Assembly: GCF_001194135.2 (NCBI RefSeq)
Contig: NC_068991.1
Coordinates: 5,825,984-5,889,983, forward strand
Origin: Octopus bimaculoides
Taxonomy: Eukaryota
DNA length: 64,000 nt
Reading direction: 5' to 3'
The notes beneath the pieces are model-generated. The model saw nothing but the letters and a program-made list of their open reading frames with translations. It was not told where the DNA came from and made no database searches. Shown here in pieces: positions 39,505-51,333 of the stretch; the first letter of the stretch is position 1; each line of letters starts with the position of its first letter. A program made the position numbers and the translations under genes.

Positions 39505-40045
39505 TCACCTCATCCCCTTAATATCATAACAAGTAATACCACTCAGTACAGCAGTAACCAAACCACTAAACTTGAAGCAGATTTGATGGCGATAACCTAT
39601 GTGGAGCTTTTTAAGTCAACAGTAGCTGTTGTACTTCAAACTGTATACACAAGACAAACTATAAACGTTATCATTCATTTATTTATTGAATTGTAACTCA
39701 AAACCTGGTCTTGTCAGAAAGCTTGTAACAAAGTGTATTACTTATGCTGAACCCGTGATAAGATTACGTATTTTATAAATCATGATAAATATAACACTGT
39801 AAGTGTAGACGGTTATCACTTTTGGACTCTTATAGTGAAATGATTATATCCTGTAGAAAGTATGTTATTACGAATAGCATATTTCAATTTTATTTTCTTT
39901 CGAATCAACTGTGAAGTTGTTTATTTTGGTCGCGAGAGTTGCTATACAGGATGTAACTCTCGTATTTCTGGATCTTCTCAACATTCGTGATTGGTCACAA
40001 GAGCGGTGCACCCATTACTATGACTTTGCTGTTTAATATATATAT

Positions 40046-40470
40046 ATAGATCGCTGACCACAACATTCAAATGTTTTTCTCCGTGTTTTTCTCCTTATTC
40101 TTTCTGTTGAAGAGCGTAGCTCGAAACGTTAAAGACTTTCTCTATTCCCGAGCGTTAAACTAATACATCCTTTTGTTGTTTACACCACCTGTCCTCGTCT
40201 GTTGTTGTTTTTTTCGTAAATTCTCCCATTGTTTACACCACCTGTCCTCGTCTGTTGTTTTCTTCGTAAATTCTCCCATATATATATATGGGAGAATTTA
40301 CGAAAAAAACAACAGATGAAGACAGGTGGGGTAAACAACAAAAGGATGTATTAGTTTAACGCTCGGGAATAGAGAAAGTCTTTGACGTTTCGAGCCTATG
40401 CTCTTCAACTGAATGGAACACAGAAAGAAACAAAGAGAAAAAAATATAAATGTAGTGGTCAGCGATCTAT
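40046..40470. mobile_element. Inverted pair of Penelope-like terminal repeats centred on (AT)n
   Basis: Arms 40046-40277 and 40290-40470, each with TGTTGAAGAGC.TAG.CTCGAAACGT; decayed copy at 27540-27710(-). Confidence 0.7.
40099..40135 (+). ncRNA. Minimal type-I hammerhead-ribozyme-like motif (A6U core variant)
   Basis: TCTTT-CTGTTGA-A-GAGC(GTA)GCTC-GAAA-CGT-T-AAAGA: stem I, core, stem II, GAAA and palindromic ACGT stem III. Confidence 0.45.
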
Positions 40471-41189
40471 CATGGTGAATGCTGGACAGAAGGAACATGT
40501 ATAAACATATAATTTAAATATAGGATAAAATCTTTATAAGATTTTATCAAGTAGTTAGCGTGAAAAACCTTCAAAGGGAAAAATTTATATATGTATAAAT
40601 AACTATATTATATTATTAATATCAATATAAATATATATNNNNNNNNNNNNNNNNNNNNNNNNNNNNNNNNNNNNNNNNNNNNNNNNNNNNNNNNNNNNNN
40701 NNNNNNNNNNNNNNNNNNNNNNNNNNNNNNNNNNNNNNNNNNNNNNNNNNNNNNNNNNNNNNNNNNNNNNNNNNNNNNNNNNNNNNNNNNNNNNNNNNNN
40801 NNNNNNNNNNNNNNNNNNNNNNNNNNNNNNNNNNNNNNNNNNNNNNNNNNNNNNNNNNNNNNNNNNNNNNNNNNNNNNNNNNNNNNNNNNNNNNNNNNNN
40901 NNNNNNNNNNNNNNNNNNNNNNNNNNNNNNNNNNNNNNNNNNNNNNNNNNNNNNNNNNNNNNNNNNNNNNNNNNNNNNNNNNNNNNNNNNNNNNNNNNNN
41001 NNNNNNNNNNNNNNNNNNNNNNNNNNNNNNNNNNNNNNNNNNNNNNNNNNNNNNNNNNNNNNNNNNNNNNNNNNNNNNNNNNNNNNNNNTCGGGGTGTCA
41101 GTTGAGAGACGTGCTTTCCAGTAAGTAAATTAACATCTCAGGGCTGCACTACGTAGTATGTAATTACTATAATTCGTACATTTGAAACA

Positions 41190-41495
41190 GTGAAAGCACG
41201 TGGCTTAGCGTTCGGGGAAATTCGAAAGGTCGTGAGTTCAGTTCCCGGCGACGCGTTGTGTCCTTGAGCAAGACACTTCATTTCATGTTGCTCCAGTTCA
41301 CTCAGCTGGCAAAAATGAGTAGTACCTTTTTTTTTTCAAAGGGCCAGCCCTATCCTATTCTGTGTCACACTGAATCACCCTGAGGACTACGTTAAGGGCA
41401 TGTGTGTCTGTGGAGTACTCTGCCACTTGCATGTTAATTTCACGCGCAGGCTGTTCCGTTGATCGGATCAACTGGAACATTCGTAACCGACGGAT
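41190..41495 (+). mobile_element. SINE with GCGTGGCTTAG head, CORE-like TTGAGCAAGACACTT block and GTAACCGACGGA tail
   Basis: Related copies at 12040-12300, 17645-17820, 25645-25982(-), 46592-46863(-), 47895-48118 and 60170-60335(-). Confidence 0.8.
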
Positions 41496-41555
41496 TGTCA
41501 GTTACATTTGAAACAGTCCAATGCATAAAAATAAATAACATGACGTAACAGAATA

Positions 41556-41940
41556 TGTAGCGAGCATGTTTCCAGTTTGGCTTTTTACCGTTAAGTACCC
41601 ACGTTTTGGCTCATCACATGATGGTCAAGTCTCTCTAGCTTTACGCGGGTTGTCCACCCAACCACATGATAGACCAGCCAAGCGCATTACCCTAAACCAG
41701 CCGAGCACGTTACCCTCAGCTATATAAGGAATCTTTTCCTGCTATTTTCTCAGTCAGGCGGGTTTTGCACGATCGAGTTTGGATCTTCGGCAGAGAGCAA
41801 TTGTTTTACAGGCATCCTCAGCTATTCCTTTGACGCGTACATTTGTTCTTGTCCTCGAGCAGAAGTTATGTCTCGTATTTGTTTCTCCTGTTCTCTCCAG
41901 CACACATCATCATCATGTACCAACTGCATGTTAAACCTTT
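41556..41940 (+). mobile_element. Possible solo LTR
   Basis: Starts TGTAG, contains TATATAAG at 41721 followed by a pyrimidine tract and CTCAGT; boundaries and TSD not demonstrated. Confidence 0.35.
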
Positions 41941-42437
41941 GTGTCTATATTTGGTAGACGGAAACTGAAAGAAGCTTGTCGTATGTGTGTGTGTGTGTGT
42001 GTGTGCGCGTGCGCGGGTGTGTGTGTGTATGTCTGTGTTTGTCCCCCACCATCGGTTGATAATTGATGACGGTGTGTTTACGTTCCTGTAACCTTGTGGT
42101 TCGGCAAAAGAGATCGATAAAATAAGCGTTAGACTTCAAAGAATAAGTCCAGGGGTTGATTTCTTCGACTAAAACTTTTTAAGGCGGTACTCCAGCGTGA
42201 CTGCAGTCAAATGAGTGAAACAAGCAAAAGAATAAAAGAAAACACACACACATATATATACATACATATATATACGGCAGGCTTCTTTCAGTTTCCGTCT
42301 ACCAAATCCACTCACAAGGCTTTGGTTGGCCCGAGGTTATAGTAGAAAACACTTGCCTAAGGTGCCATGCTGTGGGATTGAACCCGGAGCCATGTTGTTA
42401 GTAAGCAAGGTACTTACCACACAGCCACTCCTGCGCC

Positions 42438-42501
<64 letters not shown>

Positions 42502-42808
42502 GATTCGTCTAACATAGGAAAGAATTTCAGAAGTACATGTGTAATAAAAGATTTTCGGTATGTAATAGCAATCCAAGAGTCTAGAAAGTTGCGACCCAAA
42601 TTAGGTCATGGCATAATTCTGAATGGGTCGCAAAGTCAGAAATATTTACTTTTGCGTTATTCTATACAATGTAAATGTTCTTTAATATCTTGTACATAGA
42701 TTTAGGCTAAGAGACACACCACGATATTTGCAGAAAGCTAAAACTGGGAGAATATCAAATGTTATCTTTTATTCAGTTTAAACAAAAGAAAAAAAAATTG
42801 TTTTCTAT

Positions 42809-43480
42809 AGGTGCAGGTATGACTGCGTGGTTAAGAAGCTTGTTTCGCAACCATGTGGTTTTGGGTTCAGTCCCACTGCGTGGCACCTAGACCAAGTGTT
42901 TTCTACTTGAAGCCCCGGGCCGTCTCACGACTTGTGAGTGAATTTGGTTGACGGAAACGGTGAAGCCCGTCTATACATACATACATACATACATACATAC
43001 ATACATGTATGCATGCATACATACACACACATACATACACACATACATACATAAATGCATGCATGCATACACACATACATACATACATACATACATACGT
43101 ACGTACGTACGTACGTACGTACGTACAGACATGCATACATACATGCTACATAAATACATACATACATACATGCATACATATATGCATACATGCGTACAGA
43201 CAAGCATACATGCATACACACACACATACATACATACATACATACATACATACATACATACATACATACATGTCTGTGTGTTTGGCCTGAACCGTGTGCT
43301 TAGCAATCGGTTTGTTTACGTCCTCGTAACTTAGCGGTTTGGCACAAGAAGCCGATAGAATAAAAAAAAACAAGCTTTAATATAATAAAAGTACTGAAGA
43401 TGGATCGATCTATTCGACTAAAAACATTTTCAAAGCGGTGCTCCAGCATGACCGCAATCCAATGGGTGAAACAAGTGAAA
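42809..43480 (+). mobile_element. SINE family A copy with expanded internal (ACAT)n/(ACGT)n array
   Basis: Intact head at 42809 and tail at 43300-43480 separated by about 300 bp of tetranucleotide repeats. Confidence 0.88.
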
Positions 43481-43559
43481 AAATATCGGAGAGAACGTAT
43501 CTATTTCGGCGCCTCTAATGCCAATAATAACAACAACAACAATATAGTACCAACCAACA

Positions 43560-43670
43560 AACAGTAAATGCGGCCAGCCTGGCGGTTAATCGTCAACAGG
43601 TTAACTAGACACATCATCCCCGCCTAAGCTGACAGCAAGCGTTCGGTAATCATCGGCAAAGTCCGGAGTG
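43560..43670 (+). other. Candidate non-coding 5' exon of ZIP9
   Basis: CpG-rich unique sequence ending in donor GAGTG|GTGAGT at 43671, about 1.2 kb upstream of the ZIP9 ATG; start uncertain. Confidence 0.35.
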
Positions 43671-44300
43671 GTGAGTGCTCGTTGTCGTGTGGTTTATCTC
43701 CCTTAGATTAGATTCTCGTTATGGCTGGCTGGCCTGAAACATCCCTAAGTACCAGCCGCCTCTTGTCTACTGGAAAGGCAACAACACCATAAACAAAACA
43801 TTATACACCAAACAGGAGGCCTTAGACACAGGCGAAAACATATTCCTACCATCCACACAAACATCAAGGTATCCAATCATTCTATTATTGTTAAAATATA
43901 ACTAGAGCAATGCTCTGACTACCCAAACGGCAACAATAATAACAAGAAGTGGACGTATATAAGTTAATAACGTCAACAAAATCCATACAGTATATAATAT
44001 ATTTGTATTATATATAATAATAGTTAAGCTTGGCATTAGCGTTGAAGGATCTGTGCTATTTTAGATTGTAATTCCTGGTGTTAACTATTAGATTAATAGA
44101 CACACGCACATATATATATATATATATGTTGATGAGAAATGCAATTAAGTTAAGGTGCTTCCTGGAAACAGCATCTCGAACCTATTTTCTACCACTTCCT
44201 CTTCGTCTTTAATACTGTATACACACACAGTTTTCTGCTCAATTGTAAGTTTATTTTGTTTATTTAATAACTTGTCTTTTTGTATGTTTTTTTAGCTACT

Positions 44301-44336
<36 letters not shown>

Positions 44337-44696
44337 GCACACGGACAGATAGATAAATTCTGTAGTCATTACATACACATGTACTTCAATTTATATCATC
44401 GTTACACATTGTCAAACATACATAAACACATAACAATTGTATAGAGTAGCTGCTCTTATTTACGTANNNNNNNNNNNNNNNNNNNNNNNNNNNNNNNNNN
44501 NNNNNNNNNNNNNNNNNNNNNNNNNNNNNNNNNNNNNNNNNNNNNNNNNNNNNNNNNNNNNNNNNNNNNNNNNNNNNNNNNNNNNNNNNNNNNNNNNNNN
44601 NNNNNNNNNNNNNNNNNNNNNNNNNNNNNNNNNNNNNNNNNNNNNNNNNNNNNNNNNNNNNNNNNNNNNNNNNNNNNNNNNNNNNNNNNNNNNNNN

Positions 44697-44741
<45 letters not shown>

Positions 44742-44873
44742 TACGCCAAGTTCTTGACTGGTGTGGTCGTGTCAGCGTATATATATATATATGTTTAGGA
44801 CAGCATATATAACTGACAACTTGCTTTTGGCTAACTTCTAAAGAAGAAGGCAAAACAGCTGGACATTACCGAC

Positions 44874-44969
44874 ATGGATAATACCTGGACTTTACTCATT
44901 CTTTCTTTGGCCATGCTACTAGGATGTTATATATCTGGCGTTATACCGTTGGCATTCCATTTCACAGAG
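44874..44969 (+). CDS. SLC39A9: Zinc transporter ZIP9, first coding exon (96 nt)
   Basis: GACATGG start; encodes MDNTWTLLILSLAMLLGCYISGVIPLAFHFTE then phase-0 donor |GTAAGT. Matches the ZIP9 N-terminus (human [32 protein letters not shown], from memory). No exon-2-like sequence found up to 64000. Confidence 0.95.
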
Positions 44970-47900
44970 GTAAGTGATCAACGTGGGACATTCAGTAGAT
45001 CCCATTTGCACCTTGGACTTCATTATATTTTGTTTTTAACGTAATCTAATCTGTAAACAGTCTGCTTTACCTATATGAATTCTTTTTCTTCTCTCTATTT
45101 CCTCATCGCTTTAATTTTGTCTTTTTCCTTGCATGCCCGTCTTGTGTCTCTTGTGTGATCATGTCCACACGTTTATGTTAATCTGTAAGTTAAATTAATG
45201 TATTTTGTTCAGTCCTGACAATCTCTCTAGTGTGTATATGTTATTGTACTGGTATGTTGGTGTACCATGAACAGAAATGTCTTAATATATTCAGATCTTT
45301 CAACGAGTCTTGCTTGTAAACATTATCTCTGGTCCCCTTCATGTCCAGTGGCCATCCTGCATATCAGTCTTCCCTACCTGTGAATCGATACTTTCCAAAC
45401 TCCACTACATCGATCGCACCTATCCACAACACCACAAACTAACCAGGGATCCCCTACGTGATCGCTCAACCTGCAAGAAATCGAAACTATATCTCCTTCA
45501 AATCATATTCAATCGTTTTAAAACGGATACGTTGGATAAAGATAGTTGTCAGCATACTTATATCTTAAAATAAGACTCAATGATCACGGCTGGAACGTCT
45601 TTCACCATACGTCTGCTCAATCAGAGCTAATCTGCAATTAAACTTCAATAACAACCGGTGCCATCTTTCTGGTATGGGAACATCATCACAAAATATTGGG
45701 CCAGACTATTCTGGTTTTAGTAATCCTCCTATGTATATATTTTGCTATATGTGTAAATATATATGCACGCGTGTATATAAATGTGTGTGTGTAAAATACA
45801 TGAATTTTCTTTTTAGTGTTATTTATTTTATTTTTTTCATATTAATATAGGTTGGCTAGGTCTGCAATGCAGCATTTTATCCATTTTAACGCTCCTCTCA
45901 TTTCCGAGACCACACGTTCTCAAATCCAGTTTATTTAAACGCCAGTCTTTCTCAGACAACAATCAACTCTGCATCAATCAACAATGGTCAAAAAATATTC
46001 AATAAGTTCAATAATTTCCCAGTGTTTTCGCTGTAGAATCTATTGACTATCGCAAAAATGACAACACCATGTATTTGTCAATTTCTTTCTCAACCAAACG
46101 AAGAATAAGAGAATGGATTCTTCACCACTCGTGGCAACTGAAATCATTAAACGTTTCCCTCGTCTCTCCTGTATACAGACCATTGTCGCTAATTCAGGCC
46201 ATCACCATCTCTATTAATAACTCTCTTGTTTTCAGAGCAATGAAAACTGTCTAGTCATCCTTAAGGATGACTGATGGCTTGCACACTGACTTTGGTTAAG
46301 GTGAAGAAGGGTCATGCACTGTCAGTTTTACTCACTCATCCATGACCATTTTTAGTCCAGTAGCAAAACCAGGTCAAGACAATTGGGGGATGGAGACAAA
46401 TGCACTGGATGACCAAGATGTCTTTTGTGTTTCATCTTGCTCTCTGCTCTCCACAATGTGTGGCTGCAGCAGTTTTCCCTTCTGCTGAACCATGAAGGTT
46501 CTTGCCACAGAATCTGCTGGATCCAGTTTTCATGGGCCCTCATATGCTAATTAACTGATAGCTGGGACCCCTGACAGGTGCTATTACTCTGGGTCAGAGC
46601 AGACCCAGTACGGTAAAGGTAAAGTTACTGTCTCGAGTGATGCTGATTCACAAGGGGCCGGTTCCCCAGTTTCTTTGGCATATATATCCCACACCTGGAC
46701 AGGAGGCTGGTCCATCACAGGGTTACCCATTTTTGCCAGCTTATTGGACTGGAGCAACTTGAAATGAAGTGTTTTGCTCAAGAACACAACGCATCGCCCG
46801 GTCCAGGAATCAAAACCACAATCTTACGATCAGGATGCTGACACCCTAACCACTAAGCCACACGAGTGAGTAAGGTTGACAGTGCACGACCCTTCTTGAC
46901 CTTAACCAAAGTCAGTGTGCTAGTCATCAGTCATCCTTAAGGATGACTAGATGGTTTTCAATGCTCTGATGGATGAACATGAGAGTTATTAATGAATGGT
47001 GATGGTCTGGATTAGTGACAATAATCTATATGCAGGAGAGATGAGGGAATAATAAGGGCTAAGAGTTAGTTCCACACTCCTCAAGACCCTGGAACTATCG
47101 AGCCAGGGCCCACTACCAGGTGCAGTTTGGGGTCATACCCATGACTGTCCCCAACTCTAATTATCAGCTAACAACACCCAAGAAGAAAACTAATAAATGC
47201 CTAAAATTCACTGATGCTGAAGAAACAGAAGCCTGGTCAGATGCAGTTTAGCCCAAAGCTGTTTATAAATGACCCTAAGCCTGAACTGTTGTTGTTTGTT
47301 CTTTCTCAAGCCATGCCTGGCTCATAAGCGGTTTCATTGGCGCATAGATTCCCCACCTGGACGGGACGCCGGTCCGTCGCAGGTGAGCTACTAGATGCAG
47401 GAGGAAAGAGTGGGAGAAAGATGTGGCGAAAGAATCAACAGAAGTTTGCCATTACCTTCTGTCGGAGCTGCATGGAGCTTAGGTGTTTCGCTCATAAACA
47501 CACACATCATCCGGTCTGAGATTCGAACCCATGATCCCTCGACCGCAAGTCCACTGCTCTAACCACTAGCCCATGTGTCTCCACAACTACCTAACCGGGT
47601 GTATCATATTTGCTCTGCTTTTCTAATTTGTGTTGCTTATGAAGAATGTTATTTGTTCCTTCTCGAGCCATTCTTGGCTCATAAGGGCTAGTTTTCCTGG
47701 TTTCATCGGCGTATAAGTTCCCCACCTGGACGGGTCTGAGATTCGAACTCATGATCCCTTGACCACAAATCCACTGCTCTAACTACTAGGCCATGTGGCT
47801 CCACTAAACCTGAACTAGTTCACCCAAAATACTTTCGTTTTCTGTATAGCATCCAAACAATCATTAAGCTGAAAGCCGTCCTCCTATATTTTGCAGTGAA

Positions 47901-48212
47901 GGTGCATTGTTTAGTGGTTAAGGTGTTGGACTCATGATCAAAAGATTGTGGTTTCAATTCCTGGACCAGGCAATGGTTTTGTGCTCTTGAGCCAAACACT
48001 TCATTTCACGTTGTTCCAGTTCACTCAGCTGGTAAAATGGAGTAACCCTGCAACAGACTAGTGTCCCATCCAGGGGGAAAATATACGCACCACAGAAACG
48101 GGGAAAACTGGCCCATTGACTGTATATGACTATGGAAGGATCTTTGTCCTGTCTTTTTTTATATCTTACATCTTACAACAACCACAAGAGTGTTCATTTG
48201 AATATTTAAAGC

Positions 48213-48420
48213 AGTGGTTCTCAAAGTGGGCAGTAGAGCCCCCCCCCCCCCCCCNNNNNNNNNNCCCCCCACTGGGGGGGAAAGGTCCAAGGGGGCATTG
48301 AAGAAAAGTGGGGCGATGATAGGGTAGCGATCCATGTAAAAATTAGGGAAATAATGGAGTGGAAATTCATGTGAAAACAAACAAAATAATGGGTTCATTA
48401 GGTTAAGTTTTCCAACTAAG
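48213..48420. mobile_element. hAT-like MITE fragment
   Basis: Starts CAGTGGTTCTCAAAGTG, a Charlie-like terminus; related GGTTCTCAAAC start at about 24115. Confidence 0.5.
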
Positions 48421-48733
48421 GTTTAGTGTGCATGTTTCTTTATTTAAATTCTGTGCAATCAAAGATGATCCAGGGGCAGGGCTTGTGAAATTAGGTTTCT
48501 GTTAGAGGTGAAGGTGTAGGAATGTGGTTAAGAAATTTGCATCCCAATCACATGGTCTTAGGTTCAATTGTTGTTACAATGATGCTGTCTGGACAATCCT
48601 TTGTCCTTGGATCACTATACAATCAAGTTCTAATACAGAGATAGTTCATGTTATGAGTAAGGGCTTTTAATGAGGAATACCCTGTAGGTCTGTGGTAAAA
48701 CGGGTTAAAGATTATAACAATTGTAGATCATTA

Positions 48734-48917
48734 TTTACATTTGACGGATATTTGTCCTCATCTTGTTTGTTGTTAACACAATGTTTCCCCAAGACACCTG
48801 ATGAAGGCTGGAAGATATATCAGCCAAAACATTGTGTTAACAACAAACAAGATGAGGACAAATATCCGTCAAATGTAAATAATGTACATAATTCCTCTTC
48901 TCTTAAATATAGAACTG
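48734..48917 (+). mobile_element. Penelope-like hairpin element with 15-bp target duplication
   Basis: Perfect 57-bp inverted arms (48730-48786 / 48827-48883); AATTGTAGATCATTA repeated at 48719 and 48918; fragment of the same family at 21450-21545. Confidence 0.75.
48793..48838 (+). ncRNA. Decayed minimal hammerhead-ribozyme motif
   Basis: GACAC-CTGATGA-A-GGCTG(10 nt)CAGCC-AAAA-CAT-T-GTGTT; the GAAA and ACGT positions show CpG-type G>A changes. Confidence 0.5.
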
Positions 48918-50139
48918 AATTGTAGATCATTACATCCTTCTAGGTCATGTTGTGAATTGGGTCATTTTGCTATTCAAAACCCTCTGTATTCTGCCAAGTG
49001 TGTCCATGACATTAATATTTAAAGTATGACTAAGGCAGTGAGCCAACTGTATGGTTAGTGTGCCAGGCAGAATACTCAGTGGTATTTTGTTCGTCTTTAC
49101 GTTCTGAGTTCAAATTCCACTGAGGTTCACTTTGCCTTTCATCCTTTCAGGGCCAATAAAATAAGCACCAGTTGAGCATTGGGGGTCGATGTAATCAACA
49201 TACTTCCACCCCCTGGAATTGCTGGCCTTGTGCTAAAATTTAAAATCAATATTAAAGGTGTGAGTCCTAAACTGCCTGACAACCACAAAGGGATTTTGAA
49301 TATTGATTGTACAGAAAATGATAATTCATACCAGGTGAATTGTAAATTGAATGAAGATTCAGTTTAAAAAAGCAATTAAACACGTGCCATACTTCCTTAC
49401 TCTAGCGGTGAGCTGGCAGAATCATTAGCATGCTGAACAAAATGCTTAAAGGTATTTCACCCTCGCTATGTACTGAGTTCAAATTCCACCGAGGTCGACT
49501 TTGCCTTTCATCCTTTCGGGGTCGATAAATTAAGTACCAGTGAAACACTGGGGCCGATGTAATCAACCAGTCCCCTTCCCTGCCAAATTTCAGGTCCTGT
49601 ACCTATAATAGAAAGGCTTATTCTAGCTTTCACCATTAACTCTTTACCTGTATTACCTGTGTTGTACAGGATATATTTCCCTGGCGATATACATTACCCA
49701 TTTTTTTTCAGCAACCAGACTAACTTAGGACTTATGTAAGGAAAGCTTTATGTTGCTCAGAACATATAAAGCGAGCCCTGACTAAAACTCTGCGAACAAG
49801 CACTGGGTTTTAGGACAAACATGTAAAAATTCATTGGGACAAGCAAAAAATGAAACAAAATTTTTAATCATCAACCTTACAGGTAGACATTTAATTTATG
49901 TTAGCTCTAAACTAGAGATAGTTGATACTACAACAGCTTTTGTTTGGTTTTAAAGATACACCAGCTCTTCAGTTTTATTGTGGTTAACAGACCTTATTAA
50001 CACCAATTTAATTGGTGCAGACATTCTGAAGAAGTAGATCACGTTACAATGTTTCTGAATATTTACCATTTAAATAAAAGATTATATTGATTAAATTCCA
50101 GTGTTGGTTACAGTTAAACATAAATTTATTCAGCAGATC

Positions 50140-50580
50140 AAGTTGTATCTAACCAGCCAGCCAGCTAGCTAGCCATTTTCTCTGTTTGCTATTCCTGGGA
50201 GGGTAATGGAGTAGAATCTTCAAGCACTTCCTTGACCAGTGTCCAATCAGAAGCAACCGTTATTACACTTTCCTGTTGGATTCCTTAAAGGTGACTAACT
50301 GAAATTGTGGATATTGTCCAAGCGTCTTATTCTTGCTCTGCCCCTGGGTCTCCTGCCAGTTGGCTCAGCTTGAAAAATCCATCTTGAGACTCATTGTCCA
50401 CATTACCAGAGCTGTAGCCTCTTAGTGTGGAAAAATAGTGGCTCCACCTGGATAGACTCCCTTATCTCTAAGCTAAGAATCCTGTAGAGTAACATTCCTC
50501 CAGAGATCCTTCAGAGGAACCTCATTTCAGGCACTTGTATTCAGATCATACTCATTTGGTCATTGTCCAGTTGTAGTACA
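50140..50580 (-). mobile_element. Degenerate RTE-like LINE 3' fragment (second family)
   Basis: Minus-strand translation IQVPEMRFL*RISG..LEIRESIQVEPL...LQLW with a (GGCT)n-type tail at 50150-50170. Confidence 0.7.
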
Positions 50581-50994
50581 TATTAAAAACAAAACCTAAA
50601 CAAAATAATGTAAAAAGCACTGCTAACACAGTAGGACATGGTGTTGACTTATAAAAACATTTGATATACTTTATAGACTATTATGGTTGCATAATGAAAT
50701 ACCACATGCCTGCAAATCATTAGATGAAAGTTAAATTCATAATCTTGAAGTAACTGGAATTATAATTCTTTTCTACTGTAGGCACAAGGCCTGAAATTGT
50801 TTTTTTTTGGTGGGGGGGGCAGTCGATTAGATCGACCCCAGTATGCAACTGGTACTTAATTTACTGACCCCGAAAGGATGAAAAGCAAAGTCGACCTCGG
50901 CTGAATTTGAACTCAGAACATAAAGATAGATGAAATTCAGAAAATGCAATTATTGCTACGTTGCAAAGAACCATTGTATTAATTAACCTAAATA

Positions 50995-51302
50995 CAAGGT
51001 CCAGTCAAAAAGCATCAGGACTGGTGCTACAAAAAGAAAACTACAACCTAAAGCAGTTTGGCATTTAATCTCCTTTGAAGTAGTCCCTTTCTGAAGCCAC
51101 TCACTTTATCCAGCATTGTTCCATTGAAGGAATGCATTCCTGGAACTCCTTTTTTTTAGGGATAGTGAGCAGCTGCCTCGTTGCATTCTTTTGGATTTCC
51201 TCAGCATCTTGAAATCTTGTTCCTTTTAAGTGGGATTTGATTTTTGGGAAGATTTTTGGCTAAAATAACCTTAAAGCCATGTCTCTTTCCACACATGCAC
51301 TT

Positions 51303-51333
<31 letters not shown>

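Noticed and set aside
39114-39521. 135-aa plus-strand ORF
   Set aside because: No recognisable protein; it spans a MITE-like terminus (CAGTGGCGGCTCGTG) and promoter-like motifs.
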